The notes beneath the pieces were generated by a model. The model did no database searches, was not told the DNA's origin, and saw only the letters and a list, made by a program, of their open reading frames with translations. From an uncultured virus (IMG/VR IMGVR_UViG_3300020579_000010) (lineage: Duplodnaviria > Heunggongvirae > Uroviricota > Caudoviricetes): 64,000 bases of DNA. The translations under genes and the position numbers were made by a program. Positions 26,378 to 37,383 of this stretch are shown here, piece by piece. Each line of letters opens with the position of its first letter. The first letter of the stretch is position 1. The stretch lies in the IMG/VR virus record IMGVR_UViG_3300020579_000010. The stretch is one strand, 5' to 3'.

Positions 26378-28283
26378 ATGAACGACGCGTCGCAACTCCA
26401 ATGTCTCGCCAACGGTACGACCAACGGAACCTTTGGCGCGCTCACACAGTCGGGTACGGGTGCGATCGTTGCTGCATCGGCAGCAGGCACGTACACCATC
26501 ACGCTCGATGCAGGCCTTCTTGGTGACAACGCGGCACCCAGCAAAGCTCGCGTTTTGATCAGTCTTCTCGGCTCTGCAGCCAACGCCAACGTTGCCGGTC
26601 TCACGAAGACTCTCGTGGGCGGTCAGTTGCAGATCGCGTTCACGACGCAGATCGCTGCGGGCGCCGCAGCCAACGAAGCGTTCGACTACGTCATCTGGGC
26701 AGATCCGAGCAACTGATTCGCGCTGCGTGTCTGAGCTCCACCACGCATCCTTCTGCCTTTTGGGTTGCGGGATGCGTGGGTTGACGGCGTCGCCGTCAGA
26801 GACTGAGGCGCGTAGCTCGATCATCTTCGATGACCTCGTCGAACGTCTTCCATTTGCTGTCTGCGTCCAAAAATCGACGCTACAGGGAGAGAAGCGTCTC
26901 GGATGGGTGAAATTGCTGCCTCCGCTCCCATTCAGCCGCTCGTTCAGGGACTCGTCACGTTCCCTGGCGGCGTTCCGAACATCGCGTTCCAAGGTCACGG
27001 CATCATCGAAGTGGGAGGTCTTGCGCCCGTTTACATCGGACCAGGACACTATCTTCTTTCTTTCGATCCAGGCTTGATCGGTCTCGCGGGCGCTGTCGAG
27101 CCGCTTCCGATTCCTCCGCAGGTTTTGCCCATTGACCCCAACGTGCGCACCAACATCATGCCGCTCGGCGTTGGTGTTCCGCCGATCTCCGGCATCTTTG
27201 GAATTGGCTTCGCGTACGTTGCGACCGCTGCTGGAGCCATCGCCATCGACATCGTTTTGACGAACCCTGGTCTCGTTCCAGCAGACCCCTTCAACGGTTT
27301 CGAGATCGTCATCTGGAAGGGGCTTGGAGGGGGGCCAGTGCCGTGACGGGCATCCTCTTCGAGCCGATCGTTCAAGGCGTCGTCACGTTCGTGGGCGGAG
27401 CTCCGGTCTTCAACGGTGAAGGTGTTTCGTTCATCGAACGCGCTCCCGGTTTTGCATTGGGCGGATACATCCTCACCCTCGACGAGGGGCTCATCGGTAA
27501 CGCAGGAGCTGTGCCACCGGGAGCCAATCCGCTTTTCGACAACAACGTGCGTACGATGATTCAGACGCGAGGGGTGCTTCCAGTACCTACTCCGAACATC
27601 ATCACCATCGCGGTCGTGTATCTCACTTCGGCAATTCCAGGAGTCGGTGCAGATCGAATTGGTGTGATCATGCAAACGCATCCGCTAGCGCTTGCCGATC
27701 CGACGGGCGGATTCGAGATCATCGTGTGGAGGAGCGAGTAATGGCTGACTACGCAGCAACGCCTCTTCAAGTCATTGCGCACGGTCTCATCGCGATCGAC
27801 GCAGCCGGCGATCCCATCGTCACGGGACGCGGCTTCTCGAGTATCGAGCGCAGCACCGGAGGTCCAGGCGACTTCACGCTTACGTTCGACGAAGGCACCA
27901 TCGCGTCTGACATCAGCTCGGGACAACTCATCAACCAGCCTGGAGGAAATGGATTGCCTGACGGCCGTATCGGTCCGTATGCCATCGACCCAGACTTCGC
28001 GCGAGTTGCAATGATGATGCGTGGCGGAACGACAGCTCCCGGTTCGACGACGCTCACACCGCGTTCGGTCGCGTTCGTCTCTACGCCAGGCGCGGGAGCA
28101 ACGCAGATTCGAGTCGTCGTCGTGGACGACACCGATACAGCCACGGACCCCATGGGGCCTGGAGCTCCAAACGCCAGCGGTGGCGGCATGGAAATCATCG
28201 TCTGGTACGGCGGCGCTGCTCCCGATGATGTGACGCAGCAAGCTGTCGGTCCTCTCTATCAACCTGCGATGGTATTCCCATGA
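26378..28283 (+). CDS. Four tandem paralogous beta-rich genes (26378-26716, 26903-27346, 27343-27741, 27741-28283), probable virion proteins
   Basis: Shared G.[YF].[LI][TS][LF]D.G and [FM][ED].[IV][IV]W motifs. Confidence 0.75.
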
Positions 28284-28630
28284 CTGAGAGGGCTTCTACA
28301 AAGAAGGTTCCAGGGGATTTCAAAATTGGAGAGGTCTTCCACTTTCGAAATCAGACTTGGAAGACCTCTGACATTGGAACGCGCACCATCACAGCGATTT
28401 GTCTCAGCGAAGTGTGGATTACGAGAACTCGAGCGAACACGGGCGTCAAGGAACGTGTGCGACTCGAATCAACGCAGATTCATCCCAGTCGCTTCGAAGG
28501 TCCGCCATATTCGGTGCCCGAAGTTGTTCTTTCGCAAGAGGTCTTCGGATCTTGCGTCTCTGACGAGGACTGGCAGCAAGCTAGGCGTATTTTGGGTCTG
28601 GGTGTAACCTCTGAAGGAGGAACCCGATGA
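28280..28630 (+). CDS. Hypothetical protein
   Basis: 116 aa, overlapping start/stop. Confidence 0.6.
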   Translation: MTERASTKKVPGDFKIGEVFHFRNQTWKTSDIGTRTITAICLSEVWITRTRANTGVKERVRLESTQIHPSRFEGPPYSVPEVVLSQEVFGSCVSDEDWQQARRILGLGVTSEGGTR

Positions 28631-29318
28631 CGAAGAGGTTTTCCGATCTTCAATTTGCCGGTCTAGTTGCGAAGAAGTCTTCTTCGGATTGGAGCGGTGT
28701 GTTCAAGATTGCAGCCGTGTGTGCTGCAGCAGTTGGGACGTACTTCGTCTACCGTCATGTTGCTGTTGGTGCTTCAACCATGCGCGGACTCAAAGACAGC
28801 GCACGAGGGAGGTTCACATGAGTCGATCTCACATCCGTGGACCGGGATACAGCGGTTCGATGGGCGCACCAGGGTACGAAGTGCCCTACGCTTCGAATTA
28901 TGATTCCGAGAATCAGTTCTTTACGAGTCCTCAAGGTGGAGAGGACGAGGTCTTTACCGGCGTGAGCTTGCCGGGCGTCCTCGTGCCGCCCATCGGTGTC
29001 TACGAAGGCTTCCAAGATGCTCGCCAAGGCAGATTTCAGCTTCCTGGTGGATTTGGAGCGCTGATGCCGCCCATTCCCATGGATTCTCGTTCGAGTGACA
29101 AAACGGATTGGTCAGGCGCTGCCAAGATCGCCATCGTTGCAGGTGCTGCGCTCGCGCTCTACTTCATCTTCCGATCTTCAGAAAGCGCAAAGCCTGTTGC
29201 AAAGAAGCTTGGTGGCATTGCCGAGAAAATCGTTGGCGCACGCACAAGCGGTTTTGGTGGAGTGCGTCTTCCACCCAAGCGTATAACAGCGCTGACTAGA
29301 ATGGTGGAAACAACATAA
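28627..29318 (+). CDS. Two single-TM proteins (28627-28821, 28818-29318) sharing DWSG..KIA
   Basis: Coupled ORFs, hydrophobic helix. Confidence 0.65.
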
Positions 29319-31186
29319 TGACCTCTTCATTTGCAGGCTACGCAGGCGAGCTTCAGTACCGCGTCGTCAATCCTCAAGGCGCTGCGATCTTTGATCGCGA
29401 TGGGTCTACACCACTTGCTGGGAGAGGTATTCCCGCGGGTACGGTCATCATGGGAACCCCAAGAGGTGACGGCTACATCGTCGAGGTCGCTTCTGGAGGT
29501 TTCATAGGTTGGGTTCATGCTTTGGACCTTCAACAGTTGACCTCTGCTCCGCCTTCGCCTGTGCTTCGTACCGGCTACGAATACGCCGGCAACGGAGTCG
29601 CGGTTCCAGCCGAGCTTCAAGCAGCGATGCAGCAGTACCAAGCGCTTGCGCAAACGCCAACGACGCAGCTCCAACCTCGTTTTCAGTCTCCGCAGGCGGC
29701 GCCTGTTCATACGGGCGTTGATCCGAGTGTGCCGCCTGAGCTCGCCGCTGCAATGCAGTACTATCAAGCACTCGCGCAAACGCCGCAAACTCAACTTCAA
29801 CACACGGGCATGCATGTCGGCGATGGAACCGTCGTACCTGTGCTTCCGTGCCCCGCTGGGTATTTCTGGGATCCTCGCACGAATTCGTGTCAGCCGATCA
29901 TTCCGGCTCCGCCTCCCGAGACACCGTTCCCGAAGACGCTCGACGATTGGCGCCGTCAGCAGCAGCACATCGTCGCAACGGGGTTCGATCCGCTGCAAGC
30001 AGTCTTCGAACATCACAGGCACGGACAGCACCATCACCATCCTCACCATCCTCACCATCCTCACCATCCTCATCATCCTCACCCGGATATGGGAATGCCG
30101 GGAATGGAGATGTCTCCCTTCGGGGATCACGGAGCGCGTCAGCCAGGCATGCAGCAGCCAGGAATGATTGACCCTGCGCTTCGCGAGCATCAAGAACAAG
30201 AACGCGAACGTCGTCACATGGTTGGTGTTGCCGTGACGCAATCAGCATCGGCAGCAACTCAGGCTGCATCGGCTCATGCAGCAGCATCGCACCCTGCAGC
30301 GAAGAATACCGCTGCAGCTTCGCATTCGCAGGCCGCACAGACGCATGCGTCACTTGCGCAGCATCATGCGACGCAAGCTGCAACGCATCCTGATTCGCGA
30401 GTCGCAGCACAGCACGCGAGGTTCGCACAAAGTCACACGCAAGCTGCTGCGGCTCATGCTCGAGGAGCACACGCCGAAATTCGAGGTGACCGTCAAGGCT
30501 CGTTCGAGGCTGCGCGACAAGCCGAGCGTGCTGATCCGCGTCGTCCTGAGGAGCGCGGCTTTGGCGGTGAACACGGCTTCGGCGGTGAACACGGCTTCGG
30601 CGGTGAACGTGGCTTCGGCGGTGAGCGCGGTCGAATGTTCGGCTTCGGCGGTCGGCGCTGGGGTGGTGGCTATGGACACCCGTCATGGGCACGCGAAATC
30701 GATCCGCGTTTCTACGGGTGGAATGCGATGTGCTGGCGTCGAGGACCGTATGGCTGCTACGTCGAGCAACTCTCCGCTCCAAGTGGTCACGTTGTCTACC
30801 GTCTCACGCCTGCAGGCGAGCAAGAAGGCATCACACTCGAAGCTGAAGAGTCACAAGCGAATACGCAATTTTCGGCGGACACGGGACAAGATGTTCCGAC
30901 AGCCGATGATGGCAAACTTCCGGGCTCCGACCAAGACGGTGACGGGTCACAAGCTCCTGCCGCACAGGCGTCATCTGCGGAGACCGATGGAGCAGCAAGC
31001 GACAGCGGAAGCGGCGGTACTCAACCTGTAGGACAGACGAACGGCGATGAGACGGTGACGGGATGGCAGATGCCATTCACCGATCCGTGGGGCAACATCG
31101 ATCTGTATTCGCCCGCCGCATACGATTCGCATTACACCTATCCCGGATATCCCGCTTTGGGTTATCCTTACTGGCCACCGTTTTGA
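29318..31186 (+). CDS. Low-complexity protein with N-terminal SH3b-like domain and HHP / GFGGE repeats
   Basis: YRV...GTVI...GFIGWVHA; internal duplication VP.EL.AAMQ.YQALAQTP. Confidence 0.7.
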   Translation: MTSSFAGYAGELQYRVVNPQGAAIFDRDGSTPLAGRGIPAGTVIMGTPRGDGYIVEVASGGFIGWVHALDLQQLTSAPPSPVLRTGYEYAGNGVAVPAELQAAMQQYQALAQTPTTQLQPRFQSPQAAPVHTGVDPSVPPELAAAMQYYQALAQTPQTQLQHTGMHVGDGTVVPVLPCPAGYFWDPRTNSCQPIIPAPPPETPFPKTLDDWRRQQQHIVATGFDPLQAVFEHHRHGQHHHHPHHPHHPHHPHHPHPDMGMPGMEMSPFGDHGARQPGMQQPGMIDPALREHQEQERERRHMVGVAVTQSASAATQAASAHAAASHPAAKNTAAASHSQAAQTHASLAQHHATQAATHPDSRVAAQHARFAQSHTQAAAAHARGAHAEIRGDRQGSFEAARQAERADPRRPEERGFGGEHGFGGEHGFGGERGFGGERGRMFGFGGRRWGGGYGHPSWAREIDPRFYGWNAMCWRRGPYGCYVEQLSAPSGHVVYRLTPAGEQEGITLEAEESQANTQFSADTGQDVPTADDGKLPGSDQDGDGSQAPAAQASSAETDGAASDSGSGGTQPVGQTNGDETVTGWQMPFTDPWGNIDLYSPAAYDSHYTYPGYPALGYPYWPPF

Positions 31187-31230
31187 TTCTCGTTTCTCAA
31201 ACAACAGTCAAGAAAGAAGGCAGATAAGTC

Positions 31231-31353
31231 ATGAACAAGGCAGCTCGCAAGCGAATCTGGAACCGCAACCTCCGCCGTGCACGTGCCGCAAAGGCCGCCA
31301 TTGCACGCATCTTCCGCCGTCGTCGTCACGCATCGCACCGTTTCACGCGGTAA
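31231..31353 (+). CDS. 40-aa Arg-rich protamine-like protein
   Basis: MNKAARKRIWNRNLRRARAAKAAIARIFRRRRHASHRFTR; below the ORF-track cutoff. Confidence 0.55.
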   Translation: MNKAARKRIWNRNLRRARAAKAAIARIFRRRRHASHRFTR

Positions 31354-31389
31354 CGCGTTTCGTTCTAGTTTCCAACAAAGGAGAACGTC

Positions 31390-34300
31390 ATGCCTCCCGC
31401 CGATCCGCTTGCGCTCGTTCCAGCTTCGAGTGTTGCTCTACCCGATCCTCGTCTTCAGGCACATCAAGAGCGATTTGCCGAGCAAGATGGGTCCGGGTTC
31501 GAGCCTGCATCCGATTCTCGCGAGCGACTTCCGCCGACTGCGTTTTATGATCCGGTAACGGGTTGTTACGTGGTTGGGCGGGGCGGCGGAGGTAGACGTT
31601 CTCAGCGTTCGTATCAGCCACCACAAGATCAAGACATGCAGCCTGAACCCTCTCCTCAGCCTCCAATGCTTCCTCCAACACATCGCGCCGGTTATCATTT
31701 GGCAGCCGGTCGTTTCGAAGTTGGACGTGGCGGGGGCGGCGGAGGAGGTCATGGCGGCGGCGGAGGTCGCGGCGGTGGTGGCGGCTTTGGCGGCCACGGC
31801 TTCGGCGGTCATGGTTGGGGAGGCTGGGGCGGCGGAGGCGGATGGGGTGGCTGGGGCGGATGGGGCTGGCCTTATGGCTGGGGCGGATGGTGGGGATGGC
31901 CTGCGTACACGTACCCGCCGCTCTGGACTCCTCCGGGGTATCCATTCGATCCCAATTACGGTCCTTTCACTGGACCGTATTGGATGCAGTGAGGAGTTCT
32001 ACGCTTTTCGAAAAGCGGAAATGGCCATCAAACGTGCAGCGCGTCACAAAAAGACACGTTAGGAAAAAGGAAACGACTATGCGATTTGGAACCGTACTTT
32101 TGGGAGCAGCGATTGGCGGCGTCTACGCGGCAGCCACCAAGGGCGATGTGATGAAGTCAGCGCTTTGGGGTGGAGGCATCGGCGGAGCTCTGACACTCAT
32201 TGGTGGAGCGTCGGTGTCGCTTGGTCGAGCGCGCGTGTCGGTCTCCGGTCATGGCGGGCGAGATTTCTTCGCGGGTCTCGACCCAGCAGGCGCTTCTGCT
32301 GCACTGCCTCAGTCGACGATGCCTTACGGCTATCCACAAGGGCAAGAGGTCTTCGCGCCGCCCGCAGGCTATCCCTGGTGGTGATCTGATGCACACGATA
32401 ACCAAGCTCGTTCTCGGCGGAACTGCTCTCAGCCTTCTTTCAGAGGGTCTGTCTCAGGTGGCCCTCAAGCAGTCACTCGAGCGAGAAGATCCGGTCAAGA
32501 GACTGGACGCCGAGCAAGCATCGCAAGCTTTCAAGGTGCTCGGTTTGGTGGGCAGCGGTTTCTTTTGGTACGGCTGCTACAAACACTCGCCGAGGCTCAC
32601 CGTTGGACTTGGTGTTGCTACGACAGCGCTCGTATCTGTTGCTGTGATTGCCCCCAAGGTCATCAAGCTATTCGATCCCAAAGGGTGGGAAAGAGCTCAG
32701 GCTTCCATTCATTCTCGTCACCGCGTCCCAGCGCCACTCACGCCTGTCGTGACAGGTGGCGCATTCGTGGGCGCACCCCGTCAGCTCTATCACGCTCGTC
32801 ATCCATTCGAGCCGCAGCAGCCGCACATGCATCAACACCATCACCACCGCTGAGAGAAAGAAGACTGTAATGTCCAGCAAGATTACCAACTACACACTCA
32901 TCGCAGCAGGTGGAGCGCTGTATGTGATCGGCGCCAAAACGTTCGCAGATCACCATGAGAACGTCGCCCTCGGAAAACACGATACTTTCCAATGGAAGCA
33001 CGCAACTGCGATCGGTTCCGTTGCGACGCTTGGCGGCTTGGGTCTTGCGGTCTTCGGCACATATCGCCTGAATAAGAAAGTTGGCATGGCCGCAGGTCTC
33101 GGACTCGGAACCCTGCTCGCGTACAACGCCGTCAAGCACGCCAAGGGCGAGCCGCTCATTTCGCTGTCACCGTTCGCTCCGAAAATCGGTCCGCATGTGA
33201 CGGGCTGGAATCTCTTCGGCGACGTCTTCGGGTGGACGGATCCGTTTTCGGGCCAGCATGCTCCTGGCCATCGCGGATTCCATTCGGGCGAGGGTCAACA
33301 CGACGAGCACCATCGCGAAGAGCATCGCCGTCACGAAGAAGAACATCGTCGATAATCGACTCAAACCCAAAACTCCACGTTCGAACGAAAGAAAGAGAAG
33401 AAGTCATGGCAGGTCTCATCAAGGGCACAATCGCGGGGACGAAGAAGTTTCTTCATCGCCGTAGCGCACTCGAAATCGCTCTCGGCGCAACTGCGCTCGT
33501 GCTCGCCGCCGATCACATGATCGCGCCAAAGGGCATGAGCATCGTTACAAAGACCACGCGCAAGATCTCCGGTGTTCTCGGCGGGAAAGGTCTTGCAAGA
33601 CATCTTCCTCCGCCTCCGCCCGTTTTGCCATCAGCAATTCCGCCTCCGGGTGCGATCCATGCAGGCGCGAATGCAATGCCAGGCTGGAACAGGGGAACCA
33701 TGCCTTTTGGCGGGTGGGCGCTCAACGCTCCGGGCGGCCCGTGGCCGTACGCGCACGCTGGTCAGCAATACGGCTGGGAGTGACTCAGTGTCTCGCCGAA
33801 TGAGGACGAAGAGGTCTTCCCTGAAGACGATGACCGCTGTAGCTGCGGCGGTCATTGGTGGGATTTTCTTGTACTCGAGACACAAGAGGCCCTCTTTGTC
33901 TTCGCACTACGTCGGTCGTGGCGGTCCACCTGGAGGCGATTACTCCTTCACGCGTCGTCCTGGTTTCAACTCGAAGGAGTACTAGGTTCAAACCTATGCC
34001 CAGCGCTGTCTCAGTCTCTGGCGGCGACGCCGCCATCGCACTCACCTTCGAGGAGCTCAAGGCGCTCGACAAGCGAGTCGCTGAAGGTCCTCGCGTAGCT
34101 CAAGACGCAGCCTTCGGCGCCTTCGTTGGCGGCGTTGTGGGCCTCCTCGATGGCGGTGTAATCGGCGGAGCATTCAAGGGCGCGCTCACAGGAGCGGCAG
34201 TTGCGCTCGTGAGACATCGCTACGAGCATTGGCTCGCCGAAAACGAACACGACGGACGGGAGTAGACCTCTTCATGTCGATCCTTGCTAAAATGAAAGCT

Positions 34301-34651
34301 CATCCCGTTCTGTCCATTGCGGGACTTGGTGTGGCTGCGCTCGGCGTGGACTACTTCGTAGAGGGCGACAAGTCCATCGCAGCATCGTTCTATCGCAGCA
34401 TCTTCGGCAGTGGCGACGGGGAGCATGGGAAAAGAGGTCTTGCGCCGCACAAGGTCGTACCGAGAGGCATGCCCGAAGCGCCCGCTCAAGTGGCGCCAGT
34501 ACTCGAGTACCTTCCCGGTTACTACCCAGCGTTTCCAGCTCACTACCATCCGCACTGGGGTCATCACGCAAGGGGTTTCCATGGCGAGATGATTCGAAGA
34601 GGTCACTACGGACGTGATTGGGGTCACGAAGGTGGACGAGGTCATGGCTGA
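31390..34651 (+). CDS. Eight small Gly/His/Pro/Trp-rich, mostly membrane proteins (31390-31992, 32079-32384, 32389-32853, 32870-33355, 33406-33783, 33800-33985, 33996-34265, 34274-34651)
   Basis: Head-to-tail ORFs with TM helices and low-complexity tails. Confidence 0.65.
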
Positions 34652-35531
34652 GAGTGGCGCGATTCTGCTGGGCGTGCTCGGTTGCGGCGTCGCCGTATTC
34701 GCCGTTGACTACGCCATGTCAGAACCCGGCGACTCGTGGTTCGATCAGATCAAGGCGAAGCTCGAATCGCACCCAGCTCCGCAAGGCGAAGACGAAGGCA
34801 AAGGCCGGAGACGCACGCCGACACTGAAGCGCATTGCGCCGCCATCACCGCATTCTCGGACGCTGCCGCCACATGTTTCGCAGACGCAAAGACAACCGCG
34901 TCAACCACAATCTTTCACACAGCAGCCGTCATCGCAGACTTGGCAAGCACCACCGGTTCGTCCGCCGCCTCAACGTCAAATCGTTGATCAAGCCAAGGCG
35001 ACAGCGCAAAACCTCATCTCGAAGACGTTTGGCGGTCCTCCATCGATGCCAAAGACCAAGTCCGGTGGCGCTGACTTCGGCGTGCAGGAGACGCAGCACA
35101 TGCTCAACACCTTCTTCCAAGGTCACGTCATCAAAGAAGACGGCAAGATGGGTCCGCGCACGAAAGACGCCATCGTGCAGTTTCAACAAGCGCAGAAGCT
35201 CCCTCAAACGGGCATCGTCGATCAGAAGACGCACGATTTTCTCGTGCAGATTTCGACACCTTTGACGACGAATCCACTCACGCAGGCTTCTTCCTCGAGG
35301 ACTTCTTTCTTCCCATCCGCACGAACAAGCGTTGGCGCTCTTGGTGGCGGTGACTGGAAGGCGGAAACAGCGTCTTTAGGCAAGGCTGCGCAAGACATCA
35401 TCTCTCACGCCATCAGCGAAGGCGATCCTCGCACGCTGACGCCACTCTCGAAGCTGCTCGCTGCAGCGGGCTTCTCTCAGGCGGCTAGCGCTTCGCACTC
35501 AGGTCATAGCGACATCGGACCAGGATTCTGA
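34644..35531 (+). CDS. Membrane protein with peptidoglycan-binding domain
   Basis: TQHMLN...EDGKMGPRTKDAIVQFQQAQKLPQTGIVD. Confidence 0.85.
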   Translation: MAESGAILLGVLGCGVAVFAVDYAMSEPGDSWFDQIKAKLESHPAPQGEDEGKGRRRTPTLKRIAPPSPHSRTLPPHVSQTQRQPRQPQSFTQQPSSQTWQAPPVRPPPQRQIVDQAKATAQNLISKTFGGPPSMPKTKSGGADFGVQETQHMLNTFFQGHVIKEDGKMGPRTKDAIVQFQQAQKLPQTGIVDQKTHDFLVQISTPLTTNPLTQASSSRTSFFPSARTSVGALGGGDWKAETASLGKAAQDIISHAISEGDPRTLTPLSKLLAAAGFSQAASASHSGHSDIGPGF

Positions 35532-35539
35532 GGCAAGAG

Positions 35540-37264
35540 GTGCTCGGTCGTCACCCGATCACTGACGGGCTGTGCGGCGCGGCGCTCGGGCTTTTTCTCG
35601 CGTCGCTCGACCGAAAGAAACCGTTTGGTTCGCGCGTAATGGTTGGAGGCGCGCTCGGTGTCATGCTCGGTGCTCTCGTGCGAAGAAGTCAGGGTGCGCG
35701 AACGCCAGCTCAATTCGTAGGGTTCAATCCGATGCTCGTGGGCTGGTCGCCGCCTCCGCATCCCATCGACTTCGTTGCCTCGTTTGATCCTCGTATGTCG
35801 AAGCGCGATCAAGCGCGAGCGATTTTGAACTCGTACCTCTTCGATGACGATACGCGCGAATGGGCGAATGACGGAACGGTGAAGAAAGCATTTGGATCAG
35901 CGAAGAAGCCGATTCAGAAGAAGGAAGATCACGATCCGGCGATGCTCATCGCTGCGTACGAGAACCCACAGTCGCCTGTGTGGCAAGTACGTGGCGGACG
36001 TAATTCTTGGAACGAGCTCGACAAGGTCGTACAAAAAGCCATCGCAAAGCGCACGAAGCTCGGCCCGCTGCCGAAATCGAATTACGAAAGCGATCCAATC
36101 GTTATCTACTATTATGATAACGATCGCATGAAGAAGATCACTTATCCTCGTATGTCCATTCCTGTAGCGCTCAATCCGCAGAACCTTCAGTGGTGGCGCT
36201 GGGGTATGGGCCCTCAAGACGATGCGTCGAAGAAAAAAGGCACGGACGACATTCACACGTTCGAGACGCAAGACCCCAAAGCCATCGCGGCCGAGCGCGC
36301 GCAGCCAGGACTCTTCGGAGGCAGTGACCATCCGAATGCGAACCGTTCAGGAGGCCAGTGGCACGACGAAGGCTTCGATGCCGGCAAAGACTTGCCAGGC
36401 AACATGGGCGTCATCTCGTCGACGATGATGCAGGTGATTGGAGCCGTGCTCGAGATCATCCCCGGCGTGGGAACCGCCATCGGTTCGACGCTCATCATGG
36501 CGGCACCCTATGTGCAGCAAATCGCGAACATGGTCGATGTCACGGTCGCGGGCGGCGACAACGCACAAGCGCTTGCCGGCATTTCGAAGATGCTCGTTGC
36601 GGCGGCATCGGCTGGGCTCAAATACGGTGCCGGCATCAACGTACCGCCCATGGCCGTCACGGCTCTAGGCGCGACGATCGATCAGGTTTCACAGAGCGTC
36701 GATGCAGCGCAAAAGCAAAAGCTCGATTTCGCTTCGATGTGGACGAAGGTTGCAAAGAAAGCTGCGTCGTTTGGCAAACTCGACGACACCGCGGCTCATG
36801 TCATTGCGACCGTGCTCGGAGAAGACGTCGCAGGGAAGGTCTTTCTTGCAGGGCATCAGGCGGGCAAGCTCGCGGACTTGCCCACGGTCGCGGCCATCGC
36901 GAAGATCGTGCAGCCGATGGGCGCGTTCACGGATCCGAAGATCACGAATCTCTTTTTACTCGGCGCCGGCATCGGTCACATCTCTCAAGTGCAAGAGCAA
37001 AAGGGTGTAGGCGTTCCTCTTCCCATAGCGCACGCGCACGCGCACGCAGCGAACGCGCATGCGGCGAACGCAGGAGGAGTGCATCGCACAGGAGCGTTCT
37101 TCTACGATCAGGATCTTGCGCGAAGCGGGCTCGGCAACGCGGCGACGCCGTTCGTGCAGATGCCGTACGACAAAGCCGTCCAAGCCATGCACTTGAGACC
37201 CGAAGACCGTTACGGTTCTCGTTTGGAGCACCCTAATTGGGTGGATTGGTCGAGGTGGTGGTAG
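35540..37264 (+). CDS. Large membrane-associated protein
   Basis: 574 aa, hydrophobic Gly/Ala helices. Confidence 0.7.
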   Translation: MLGRHPITDGLCGAALGLFLASLDRKKPFGSRVMVGGALGVMLGALVRRSQGARTPAQFVGFNPMLVGWSPPPHPIDFVASFDPRMSKRDQARAILNSYLFDDDTREWANDGTVKKAFGSAKKPIQKKEDHDPAMLIAAYENPQSPVWQVRGGRNSWNELDKVVQKAIAKRTKLGPLPKSNYESDPIVIYYYDNDRMKKITYPRMSIPVALNPQNLQWWRWGMGPQDDASKKKGTDDIHTFETQDPKAIAAERAQPGLFGGSDHPNANRSGGQWHDEGFDAGKDLPGNMGVISSTMMQVIGAVLEIIPGVGTAIGSTLIMAAPYVQQIANMVDVTVAGGDNAQALAGISKMLVAAASAGLKYGAGINVPPMAVTALGATIDQVSQSVDAAQKQKLDFASMWTKVAKKAASFGKLDDTAAHVIATVLGEDVAGKVFLAGHQAGKLADLPTVAAIAKIVQPMGAFTDPKITNLFLLGAGIGHISQVQEQKGVGVPLPIAHAHAHAANAHAANAGGVHRTGAFFYDQDLARSGLGNAATPFVQMPYDKAVQAMHLRPEDRYGSRLEHPNWVDWSRWW

Positions 37265-37383
37265 AGTTTGTGAGCAGACGATAGCAAGAGGACATGCGGG
37301 TTAGGCCGTCTGTTTTCCTTGGCGCAAGACCTCTTCGCGTAGCGGCATTGCCGAAAGCGCGAGATTGCTGATGGAGAACGAAG

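Noticed and set aside
35540..37264. Tape measure protein
   Set aside because: Only a short Ala/Gly amphipathic stretch, with no neighbouring tail chaperone or tube genes recognised.
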